Shown: one piece after another, positions 7,869 to 15,276 of the stretch | How the letters are laid out: every line of letters begins with the position of its first letter | Position numbering within the stretch: the stretch's first letter is position 1 | Origin: a virus | DNA length: 35,673 bases | Virus record (IMG/VR): IMGVR_UViG_3300045988_058856 | Span: 1 to 35,673 of that record | Direction: 5' to 3' (one strand) | Made by a program: the position numbers and the translations under genes | The notes under the pieces: generated by a model | Seen by the model: only the letters and a program-made list of their open reading frames with translations | Databases searched by the model: none | Told to the model about the DNA's origin: nothing

Positions 7869-9869
7869 TTAATCTTTCTTATAATAATTACTAGTGAATC
7901 CTTCCGCTTTTAGCGGAATACCGAAAACTTCCGCCCATTTTGGCGTAGCTGCCATCGCTGTACAAATTTCCTCTAGCGAAACAACCGGGTCACCAAAATC
8001 ATCTAAAGGCGTCTCGTTTACGGTTTCGTCGTGGATATGTCCCACGATTTTAACCATAGGATAACGTTGTACAATTGTCTGCATACCATACGCCAAAAGG
8101 TCGCGGCTGATAGCCTGCGTTATATTTTCGGTTAGTTTTCCGCCGTACGTATCCAAGTCCGCCCATTTGCCTGTAAGGTCTTGACCTCTGTACGTAATCA
8201 CCTCTCTATCGCGTCCGTGCACGTTTTTTGTGGCGATCCGGCAAAACGGGTAAAACAAACGGCGCCCCGAAGGTAATAAAATTGCTAGAGAATTATTTTC
8301 ATTAAACCATTGAAATGTACAAACGTGTACACCGTACCGGATAACCTGCACGTCCTTCTTGTTCCTTATGCACAGTTTCGCCCGGCTGTCCAGGGCTTCC
8401 CAAAATTCCACGATACGCGGTGATGCGTCGCGCCACCTCAAAATAATATCCTTGTACAACGACGGATCGATAGCGTTTTCATAGTCCATTGCAGACATAG
8501 CGCCTACCCAACCACCATACCCTAATGCAAGCTCGGTTACTTTGCCCTGCTGGCGGTAATGTGTCCCTTTGCCGCACTCCTCAACTGGCAGCCCGAACGT
8601 CATACTAGCGGAAACGGCGTAAATATCCTTGCTGTGTTTGAAAGCGTCTATGCGCCACTCTTCGCGGCAAAGACAAGCCAGTACACGGGCTTCGATGGCT
8701 GAATAGTCGGCGATATGGAATGTAGTGCCCTCCGGTGCTACAAACGTTGTTCTGATAAGCTGCGATAACGTGTCGGGCACATTCCCCCAAAACGTTTGGA
8801 AGTCTGCCAAACAGAAGTGTTTGGCGTTGTCACGCGCGCCATCCAGGTCGTGTATGTAGTTACGCGGCAAATTTTGCATTTGTACCAACCTTCCCGCCCA
8901 TCTTCCGGTACGTCCTGCTCCATAGAATCTATATAAGCCGTGTACACGTCCGTCGAAGCACACGCAATTGCGCATGGAGGTATATTTGGCGTTGCTCGTC
9001 TTATTTATGATCTTCCGGGCGTTTAGTACCTCGTCTACGCGTTCGTTGTCGCACTCGGCTATAATGGTGTCTATGTCCTCTTTGCGGAAAGAATCGAAGT
9101 TTTTTCCGGTTTGGATCATTACGAAGTTTTTTAGCTGGATCGTAGATTTAAGCGATGAGATACCGTACTTCGTCTTTATCTCATTCTTAAGTCCGTCGCA
9201 ATACTCATCATTTAGAGCTTCCGCGCGTTCGGCTAGCTCCAAGTCTATGGCTATACCGTTGTCGTTGATGTCCTGATCCAGTTTATACAGTTCTATTTCC
9301 GACTGTGGGAAGTCACAATAATCTAGGCGTCCCAGGGCTTCGCGCTCTGAAAGGACATCATAGCGTAGGTAGTCTATAAACTCGTCCCACTTATCATGAA
9401 AATCTTTCGGATCGTTCCGGTACTCTTCCGGCCTATCCTTCGTAGGCTTCTGCGGTTGGCAGAAGAATTTTATCAGGGCTAGCCCTGTACCCTTCTTACC
9501 CTCTTTCAAATCAAGTGCTTTAGAAAGGTTTCCCAGGCTCTCCGGAAATCCTGCGTATAATGCCAATGTCGCGGTACACATGAAGCGATCCGCGGGAATG
9601 TCAACCTTATACGCCTTCAAACACAGGCGTTCAAATTGCGCGTTGTGCGCTACGATCGTGTATTGCGGTGATGAGATGAGGCGAACAAATGCGGCAAACT
9701 CCATGATAGACCCGGTCTGCGTCATATCTATAATATTTACGTCTCCGTCCTCAATGGCGTAGCCTATAAGAAGTATTTCGAAGTCAGGCGATTGCGTGTA
9801 TCTATACGCTCCGCCGCTCTTGATGTCCTCTCTTGAATAAGTTTCAAAATCTATAAAAATTGGTTTCAT
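7869..9869 (-). CDS. Family A DNA polymerase with 3'-5' exonuclease domain
   Basis: Exo motifs FIDFETYS, HNAQFE and YLRYDV. Pol motif A ADYSAIEARVLA, motif B RQQGKVTELALGYGG, motif C HIHDE. ATG 9869 (MKPIFIDFE) is preferred over the tracked GTG 9917, which lies inside a terminator hairpin. Confidence 0.9.
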   Translation of the reverse strand: MKPIFIDFETYSREDIKSGGAYRYTQSPDFEILLIGYAIEDGDVNIIDMTQTGSIMEFAAFVRLISSPQYTIVAHNAQFERLCLKAYKVDIPADRFMCTATLALYAGFPESLGNLSKALDLKEGKKGTGLALIKFFCQPQKPTKDRPEEYRNDPKDFHDKWDEFIDYLRYDVLSEREALGRLDYCDFPQSEIELYKLDQDINDNGIAIDLELAERAEALNDEYCDGLKNEIKTKYGISSLKSTIQLKNFVMIQTGKNFDSFRKEDIDTIIAECDNERVDEVLNARKIINKTSNAKYTSMRNCVCFDGRVHGLYRFYGAGRTGRWAGRLVQMQNLPRNYIHDLDGARDNAKHFCLADFQTFWGNVPDTLSQLIRTTFVAPEGTTFHIADYSAIEARVLACLCREEWRIDAFKHSKDIYAVSASMTFGLPVEECGKGTHYRQQGKVTELALGYGGWVGAMSAMDYENAIDPSLYKDIILRWRDASPRIVEFWEALDSRAKLCIRNKKDVQVIRYGVHVCTFQWFNENNSLAILLPSGRRLFYPFCRIATKNVHGRDREVITYRGQDLTGKWADLDTYGGKLTENITQAISRDLLAYGMQTIVQRYPMVKIVGHIHDETVNETPLDDFGDPVVSLEEICTAMAATPKWAEVFGIPLKAEGFTSNYYKKD

Positions 9870-9882
9870 GTCTTTTAGGGTT

Positions 9883-9924
9883 TTTAAAATTAAAGCCGCG
9901 CCGCTTCTACTCGGCACGGCTTTT
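9883..9924 (-). terminator. Rho-independent terminator after the SSB gene
   Basis: Arms 9892-9903 and 9912-9923 pair over 11 bp with one mismatch and an 8-nt loop. The stem is flanked by an A-run and then UUUAAUUUU on the coding strand. Confidence 0.6.
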
Positions 9925-9998
9925 GAAAATCATTTTACCCCTGTTTTAACGAGATTGATTAATAATTAATTTAATTGTTTATACTTGAAATAATTGTT

Positions 9999-10565
9999 TT
10001 AGTTGAAGTCTGCCAGACCGTCGTTTTCATCCTCCATATTCTCGAAGTCGTTGACGCTTGATCCGCCGTCCAGTCGATCATCATCGGTTACCTTCTGTAT
10101 TCCGTTCAATCCGGCTGTGATACCGCGGTTGTCGGCGCTCATATTGTAACCGTAAATTGAGATGGAAGCTACTCCCCAAGAGCCGGAATACATATCCTCT
10201 TTCACTGTGATCGGGCGTTTTCCCTTGTCGATTACGATCGGTTGTCCGTGCTCCTCCTTGCGTTTTGCAGTAATGTAATACATACCTTCGTACCCGGCTT
10301 TTCCTTCTTTCTCCGGAGCATCGCCATCCCTTAACGGGCTTTTGTAATTTTCCGGCACGCGTCCCTTGAATTTAGGGTCTTTAGAGAAATAGTCTTGCGC
10401 TTCCGCCTTGACCGCATCATTAATTTGCTTAACTAGCGCCGTGTCTGTTTTGGGGATCAGGAGTACTACGCTATAATTATATTCGCCAACTCCGTTATAC
10501 TGTTCCGGTTCAAAAACTCTTACATAAGAGAAACGCACGTTTTTTAAGATCAATTTTCTACTCAT
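9999..10565 (-). CDS. ssDNA-binding protein, T7 gp2.5-like (DUF2815-type), with acidic C-terminal tail
   Basis: 188 aa. N-terminus KNVRFSYVRVFEP, with SGSWG..ISIYGY in the core. The tail FENMEDENDGLADFN ends in an aromatic-containing acidic peptide. It sits between the nuclease and the polymerase. Confidence 0.7.
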   Translation of the reverse strand: MSRKLILKNVRFSYVRVFEPEQYNGVGEYNYSVVLLIPKTDTALVKQINDAVKAEAQDYFSKDPKFKGRVPENYKSPLRDGDAPEKEGKAGYEGMYYITAKRKEEHGQPIVIDKGKRPITVKEDMYSGSWGVASISIYGYNMSADNRGITAGLNGIQKVTDDDRLDGGSSVNDFENMEDENDGLADFN

Positions 10566-10594
10566 AATTTTTAAGTTTAATTTGTTTCACGGTT

Positions 10595-10624
10595 CAAAGA
10601 TATTACTTTATTTTAGACTTCAAA
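10595..10624 (-). promoter_or_regulatory. Bacteroidota-type promoter for the SSB gene
   Basis: TTTG (10624..10621), an 18-nt spacer, then TAtcTTTG (10602..10595). It lies 30 nt upstream of ATG 10565. Confidence 0.55.
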
Positions 10625-10660
10625 CCTGTTATACATTCTTTAATTGTTTTTTAACTTCCG

Positions 10661-11824
10661 TTAGCCTTCTACGTCGAAGTCACAGAGCGGGCTATATTCT
10701 ACGCCCTTAGCGGATTCCGGCACTAGCTTTGGCGCTCCGGGTCTAGATTCGATCGCGTCTCCGAACCTCGCGCTAAACACCTTCTTGCCTACCAGCTTTT
10801 CGAGGTCGCCTATACCCTTTAACTTGATGTTTAAAACCTCGTCCTCTAGGAACTCGTTTAGAAGCGCTTGGCGTATCTTCGCCTCGTCCTTGATAACTCG
10901 GCTGGTTCTACCCGCTACGAGCTTGTAGCCCTCCCATTTGTGCCCCTGTATCGCTCTATCGTAGACGTACTTATTAACTGATTCGATCCAGCTCTTATAC
11001 GTGTCGATCTTGCCGATTAGGTCTACTATCTCCTCGTCTGATAATAACAGGGGCTCGGGCTTTTCTTCGAAGTCTGCAAGAATGGCGTCACGTTGCGCCC
11101 TGCATTGAGCCTTAACCGGACAGAATCCGCACCAACTTCCGATAACCTGCTTTCCTTTGCCCTGTATTGCTGCTTTTGCGGCCGGTTTCAGTACTTTTTC
11201 CGCCCAGTCGAGTAACTCACCCTTCGACATCTCGAAAGTGTCGTAGTGGTCTAGTCTTACCTGTGCGATCGTCATTCGAATTTTCTCGATATGATCCGTT
11301 TCCAGGCTTTTCAAGGTTCCAAGGGCGTACATTAACATTTGCTCGTTCATGTCGGCATACACCTTCACGCCTGCACCGTATTTCAGGTCTATGATGTGTA
11401 TCGTCTTGTCAGATACTAGCGTTACGTCTACCGATCCGAACGAATCCGGCGCGAAGTCTGTAATGTCTACCCGACGCTCTAGGAACGTACGGCACGCGCC
11501 GTCCTGCTTTTGCATCTCGTAGCCTTCCCCGATAACAAACTCACAATAGCTCCTTATATAGTCCGCCATATCGATACCGAAGAGCGGGTTTTCGAGATGT
11601 TCGTTTTTCAACGGTACTGCATCATCAATTATCGGATCGTATTCACCTTCCAGGTATTTGGTCAAAGCGTATTCGGCTATCTCGTGGGCTAGTGTCCCCT
11701 CCTCTGCGTAAACGCTTGACTTGCTGCCTGCGGCTTCCGCTAGTAGCGCCGATGGAGTGCAATTTATCCATCGTTTTGCGCTACTCGGCGATAAAATCGC
11801 GTGATCTCTTTCTGCGTGTCCCAT
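10661..11824 (-). CDS. PD-(D/E)XK exonuclease, Cas4/RecB-like (DUF2800-type), with Cys cluster
   Basis: 387 aa. N-terminal SPSSAKRWINC plus C-terminal CGFCPVKAQC give a 4-Cys pattern. IDLKYG is a nuclease-core-like motif. Confidence 0.75.
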   Translation of the reverse strand: MGHAERDHAILSPSSAKRWINCTPSALLAEAAGSKSSVYAEEGTLAHEIAEYALTKYLEGEYDPIIDDAVPLKNEHLENPLFGIDMADYIRSYCEFVIGEGYEMQKQDGACRTFLERRVDITDFAPDSFGSVDVTLVSDKTIHIIDLKYGAGVKVYADMNEQMLMYALGTLKSLETDHIEKIRMTIAQVRLDHYDTFEMSKGELLDWAEKVLKPAAKAAIQGKGKQVIGSWCGFCPVKAQCRAQRDAILADFEEKPEPLLLSDEEIVDLIGKIDTYKSWIESVNKYVYDRAIQGHKWEGYKLVAGRTSRVIKDEAKIRQALLNEFLEDEVLNIKLKGIGDLEKLVGKKVFSARFGDAIESRPGAPKLVPESAKGVEYSPLCDFDVEG

Positions 11825-12387
11825 TACAGACGAGTTGAGATGTATTCGATGAACTCCGCAAACATAGATTCCTTAAGTGTCGGGAAAGACGTTGCGCCTA
11901 CCTGTTCAAATGCTTCTTGCACTAGGGGTCTTTTCTTTGCGTTTAGTGCCTTCATAGCCCATTGCTTACACTCTTCAACTGTGTGTTCCGTTTCGTCCTT
12001 AGCGGGCTTCTCTACGGGCTTCTCTACGGGCTTCTCTACAGGCTTCTCTACGGGTGCTTTCGGGGCAGGCGCGGCTACTTCTTCCACTGGCGCGGGCGCT
12101 TCTTCCGGTTCTTCGATCGGGGCAGGCGCTGGTTCTTCCACCTTCTTCGTGCGGCTCGCTCTAGTCTTAGCGCGTTCCTCCTCCACGTGTTCGGCTACGG
12201 TCTTAACTGGCGCGGATTCTTCGCGCACTTTGGTTGCTTCTACAACTGTGTCCGCCAGTTTGTCAAGGTCGGTTTTACGTTCCGTTACTTCTGGCACGGC
12301 TTCTCCTGCTAGTTCGCGCAAATAGTTAGACGTCGCCAACAAATCCTGTTTACTCTCGTTTCCTAATAATTCGATTACTACTTTCAT
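11824..12387 (-). CDS. Hypothetical acidic protein with (PVEK)4 tandem repeat
   Basis: 187 aa. The 12-nt unit gggcttctctac occurs x4 at 12004-12051. TAATG overlap downstream and ATGA overlap upstream. Confidence 0.6.
   Translation of the reverse strand: MKVVIELLGNESKQDLLATSNYLRELAGEAVPEVTERKTDLDKLADTVVEATKVREESAPVKTVAEHVEEERAKTRASRTKKVEEPAPAPIEEPEEAPAPVEEVAAPAPKAPVEKPVEKPVEKPVEKPAKDETEHTVEECKQWAMKALNAKKRPLVQEAFEQVGATSFPTLKESMFAEFIEYISTRL
12004..12051. repeat. In-frame 12-nt tandem repeat x4
   Basis: gggcttctctac x3 followed by aggcttctctac. Encodes the PVEK repeats. Confidence 0.9.
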
Positions 12388-12563
12388 TTTTTCTTAAAAT
12401 TAAAAATTGTTTCTAATAGCTCATTTTTGTTCACTCTGATTTTTCCCACGCCGTTCTCGTAACGGGTGAGCTTTCCCGCATTGAGTTGATAGCGTATCGC
12501 GTTCTCCGTAACCTCGGCGATCCGGGCGGCTTCCGCAACTGTAATTAACTCGACTTTTTCCAT
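12384..12563 (-). CDS. Small helix-turn-helix DNA-binding protein (59 aa, Xis/MerR-like HTH)
   Basis: Not in the ORF track because it is under 60 aa. MEKVELITVAEAARIAEVTENAIRYQLNAGKLTRYENGVGKIRV. ATG 12563. The stop overlaps the next ATG as ATGA. Confidence 0.6.
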   Translation of the reverse strand: MEKVELITVAEAARIAEVTENAIRYQLNAGKLTRYENGVGKIRVNKNELLETIFNFKKK

Positions 12564-12880
12564 TGCATCTTTTTATTGAATTTAAAACTAAGTTCATTAG
12601 AGCCTCTAAAGGTTTTAACGTGATCGGAAAAAGCGGCTTTCCGGGCTTGCTCGAAAATGCTCTCATACCGTTTGGCGTGTGGAATAATAAAGCCTCGGAT
12701 TTTATACTTAAACTTTTTTCCGGCTTCTTCTTCTCGTTGCAAATCTTTGTAGACCATTCCCGACACACCCGGATAACCGTATATGTTCGTGACCTCGCCT
12801 ATAGTTTCGCACGCTTTAATCCTCTCCGTTATCGCTTTGTAAAAGAACGCTTCTAATCTATAAATGTTTATCTCTGCCAT
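12545..12880 (-). CDS. Hypothetical protein, first gene of the early block (111 aa)
   Basis: ATG 12880, 77 nt downstream of promoter P_A. Overlaps the HTH gene by 19 nt. Confidence 0.6.
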   Translation of the reverse strand: MAEINIYRLEAFFYKAITERIKACETIGEVTNIYGYPGVSGMVYKDLQREEEAGKKFKYKIRGFIIPHAKRYESIFEQARKAAFSDHVKTFRGSNELSFKFNKKMQWKKSS

Positions 12881-12956
12881 ATCTAGTAATGTTTAAAACG
12901 ATTCTCCGGTATCGGAATAGTTCAACAAATTTAGTTGGTTTCTCATTTCGGTGTTA

Positions 12957-13017
12957 CAAAGGTACAGCTTTATTCTGAACTGCCAAACGTTTTCCCAAAA
13001 AACTTTAGTAATTTAAC
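12957..13017 (-). promoter_or_regulatory. Early-block promoter P_A with upstream element
   Basis: TTTG (12987..12984), a 19-nt spacer, then TAccTTTG (12964..12957). The -33 region and the 22-nt upstream element (12996-13017) are homologous to the cassette at 5331-5376. Confidence 0.55.
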
Positions 13018-13048
13018 TCTGATTAACTGTTTTGAAGGTTTGATAACA

Positions 13049-13438
13049 GTGTAAAAGATGAATGGCCGTTTTTCAACGTATCTTTTACACCTTAACTGCG
13101 TGCGTATCAGATAGTTAAGTGGCAAAAACGGGAGAAATGTAAAAGATGGAAAGATGTTTTCTATAAAGTTTAAAATAAAATATTTCCATAAATTCATTCA
13201 CATATTAATTCATATATTTACATATTTTATAGATTATAGTACTTTTTCATTTTTATCTCTATATAACATCTTTACATCTTTTACAAATGATATATACAGA
13301 TAGATAAAATACTAGTTATTAGTGAGTTAAGTGTAAAAGATACAAATTTTAATCTTTTACATGCAAAAACGCCAACTCGTTAAGAATCAGCGTTTTAAAT
13401 TTTTGAGTGTAAAAGATGAAAAGCGTTTTGTAAAAGAT
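13049..13438. repeat. Iteron array A: eight full TGTAAAAGAT boxes (plus one degenerate copy) around an AT-rich core
   Basis: Forward boxes at 13050, 13138, 13332, 13408 and 13429. Reverse boxes at 13080, 13276 and 13352, plus a degenerate copy at 13268. AT-rich core about 13157-13267. No credible ORF. Confidence 0.85.
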
Positions 13439-13446
13439 GGAAGGCG

Positions 13447-14025
13447 TTATTTGCTGAAATCGGCTGAAAAATTCACGTGAATTGTAGATTTCGGGTTTTT
13501 ATTCGAAACCGTGATTTTTTGGACCGGTTTCCCGATTTTGAAGAAGAGAAACTTTTTTTGCTTGACCGATCCGATCACGTCCAGCGTATCAACGCTATTA
13601 AAATCTATTTTAGTCGTATCCGTCCCGGCAGAAATTTCTATATTATTCCAACCGTCATTGTATTTTGCCGTCCGGACGTCCCCGACGTGTACCGTCTTGA
13701 TAATCGTGTCGATCTTCGTTACCACTTCGGTACGGGTCGCGCTCTTCAGCTCCCTGATCTTTATCCCCGCCTCGCGTACCTTACTATATAGATCAGCGTT
13801 GTATAATTCCAGCTCGCCCTTCTCCAATTTCAGTTGCCTAGCCTCTTCCGCATAATCTCCTGCCGTAGTCCTGAATGCCATGGCTTTGGAATTAAGAGCG
13901 CTAATGTTGTTTTCCTGCCTCTCTAGCTCTATTCTCTGCTTCTGTACTGTCTTGTATGATGTGTACAATAAAATGGCTAGAAGGACAAGCAAACACACTA
14001 AAATCTTATCTAATGTTATCTTCAT
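13447..14025 (-). CDS. Membrane-anchored coiled-coil protein, spanin-like by position
   Basis: 192 aa. N-terminal TM helix ILVCLLVLLAILLY followed by coiled-coil-like sequence. ATGA overlap with the endolysin stop. Last gene of the late block. Confidence 0.4.
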   Translation of the reverse strand: MKITLDKILVCLLVLLAILLYTSYKTVQKQRIELERQENNISALNSKAMAFRTTAGDYAEEARQLKLEKGELELYNADLYSKVREAGIKIRELKSATRTEVVTKIDTIIKTVHVGDVRTAKYNDGWNNIEISAGTDTTKIDFNSVDTLDVIGSVKQKKFLFFKIGKPVQKITVSNKNPKSTIHVNFSADFSK

Positions 14026-14420
14026 AAGTGTAAGATTTGACGTTTCACGTTGTTCTTATCGTATGAGATGTGCACCCAGGAGAAATTCCTTTCGTCGATG
14101 AGCTGGCAAAAAGGCAAATTCAGTTTTTGCGCCAGCTCGAAGAGTTTCTTATTCTCCTGTTTGCTTCCCGCTGTAATGTCCGCCGCCTGCCCCTTCATGT
14201 GCTGCGACGTCTTAGAGCCTTTCACCGCCGCGTTTAGGGCGGGCGATCTGTACCCGCTGTTAACTCGGATCGGTTTGCCGTAGGCGTTCCGTAGCGGGTC
14301 TAGTACGTTATTGATTAGCTGTTTCAGATTCTCCAATACCTCCGGCGTCGGGTCGTTGTTGATCTTCTTCGCCTTCGCCGTTGTTGACGCGGTTAGTTCT
14401 TGAATTGTAAAGTTTACCAT
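14022..14420 (-). CDS. Endolysin, peptidase M15 (D-Ala-D-Ala carboxypeptidase-like)
   Basis: 132 aa. SGYRSPALNAAVKGSKTSQHMKGQAADI matches the SGYR..N...S.H..G.A.D zinc-peptidase signature. Confidence 0.8.
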   Translation of the reverse strand: MVNFTIQELTASTTAKAKKINNDPTPEVLENLKQLINNVLDPLRNAYGKPIRVNSGYRSPALNAAVKGSKTSQHMKGQAADITAGSKQENKKLFELAQKLNLPFCQLIDERNFSWVHISYDKNNVKRQILHL

Positions 14421-14853
14421 TTTTCAAGTGTTTTATGAAGTCTAAATACTTCGTATTAATAATTATATCCAGTACCGTAATAAACTCGTTATCCGGTTGG
14501 ATCTGCTTAAAATTACGGATAATGTTTTTCGAGTACACAAGCGCAAATAGCGTTGTCAACAACCGCAATAAGTCCGTATAATTCCCGTGCGGTTCAATAA
14601 GGCGCGCGCCGGCCGCCGTGAATAGTATAACTATGGTGGCTATCGCGTACTCAAAAAACGCGTGAAACGCCTTTTTATGGCTGTACTTTTCGCCTGCCCT
14701 TAACCCTGCAATAAGTCCTACTATAAAGTTCAACGTGCCGAATAACACTATAAGGACGAAGAACGTCATTACATCATTGGTAACCGTTAGTAGAAACGCG
14801 ATTGACGCTACGCGTGCCGTATCAAAAACTCCATCCATTACTTTATTAAACAT
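14308..14853 (-). CDS. Holin-like multi-pass membrane protein
   Basis: 181 aa with 3-4 hydrophobic helices, directly upstream of the endolysin. The 3' end overlaps the endolysin by 113 nt out of frame. The alternative start ATG 14838 makes a TAATG overlap with the upstream stop. Confidence 0.55.
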   Translation of the reverse strand: MFNKVMDGVFDTARVASIAFLLTVTNDVMTFFVLIVLFGTLNFIVGLIAGLRAGEKYSHKKAFHAFFEYAIATIVILFTAAGARLIEPHGNYTDLLRLLTTLFALVYSKNIIRNFKQIQPDNEFITVLDIIINTKYLDFIKHLKNGKLYNSRTNRVNNGEGEEDQQRPDAGGIGESETANQ

Positions 14854-15275
14854 ATCCGTGATTGTACCCTATGTGAACACTCCTCCTCAATCAGTTTAGC
14901 GTCTTTAAACGCCTTGATTAGTGGGACTATAAATAAATCAGCTTTGCCGCGTTCCGCTTCAAACCGCCTTGCTTTGTTGTCATCCGCTAAAACGTAGCTG
15001 CCCCCATAGTTTTGTATTTTTAGGCCGCTAGCCGTGCTCTGCTGCTCGCTTGTCTGCAAGTAGCGCGCAAAGGCATAATAGCACAACACTTTATTAGCTC
15101 CTGTACGCTCCGTGGTATCACCTAGGTATTCCGACGGTATCTCTTCATACGATCGGTGGAGCTGTGGCGACATGTCAAGCATATCAGCCTCGTAAAATGC
15201 CTTTTCAATGTCGCTATCTTTAACGTCCTTGGCGATCGAAAACAGATCGCGTAATTGTTGAATAGGATATGCCAT
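14838..15275 (-). CDS. Hypothetical virion or morphogenesis protein (145 aa)
   Basis: ATG ORF directly downstream of the portal-like gene. No motif recognised. Confidence 0.5.
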   Translation of the reverse strand: MAYPIQQLRDLFSIAKDVKDSDIEKAFYEADMLDMSPQLHRSYEEIPSEYLGDTTERTGANKVLCYYAFARYLQTSEQQSTASGLKIQNYGGSYVLADDNKARRFEAERGKADLFIVPLIKAFKDAKLIEEECSHRVQSRICLIK

Positions 15276-15276
15276 T

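Noticed and set aside
9870-9917. Upstream GTG start extending the DNA polymerase by 16 aa
   Set aside because: The extension (MPSRSGAALILKTLKD) is encoded by the terminator hairpin and U-tract. ATG 9869 starts directly at the conserved exonuclease motif region (MKPIFIDFETYS).
11801-12325. Plus-strand ORF of 174 aa (with similar plus-strand ORFs at 16442..16708, 21049..22701 and 5888..6421)
   Set aside because: These are antisense shadows of repeat-rich or Ala/Glu/Lys-rich minus-strand genes. They are low in complexity, have no promoter context, and interrupt an otherwise strictly one-strand genome.
12421-12768. Minus-strand ORF of 115 aa overlapping both the 111-aa gene and the HTH gene
   Set aside because: It is in a third frame across two better-supported genes. 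The sequence is basic and low in complexity, with no motif. The 59-aa HTH ORF (12384..12563) explains the region better and shows ATGA coupling.
12970-13197. Minus-strand ORF of 75 aa lying in array A
   Set aside because: It lies in AT-rich iteron DNA. Its only resemblance to the ORF in array B (33573..33770) is the peptide PFIFYT, which is simply the translated 10-mer box. The two ORFs cover non-homologous parts of the arrays, so there is no conserved reading frame.
13049-13438. Possibility that the repeated boxes form a CRISPR array
   Set aside because: The units are only 10 nt, occur in both orientations and have irregular spacings of 8-120 nt. There are no cas genes. This does not match repeat-spacer architecture.
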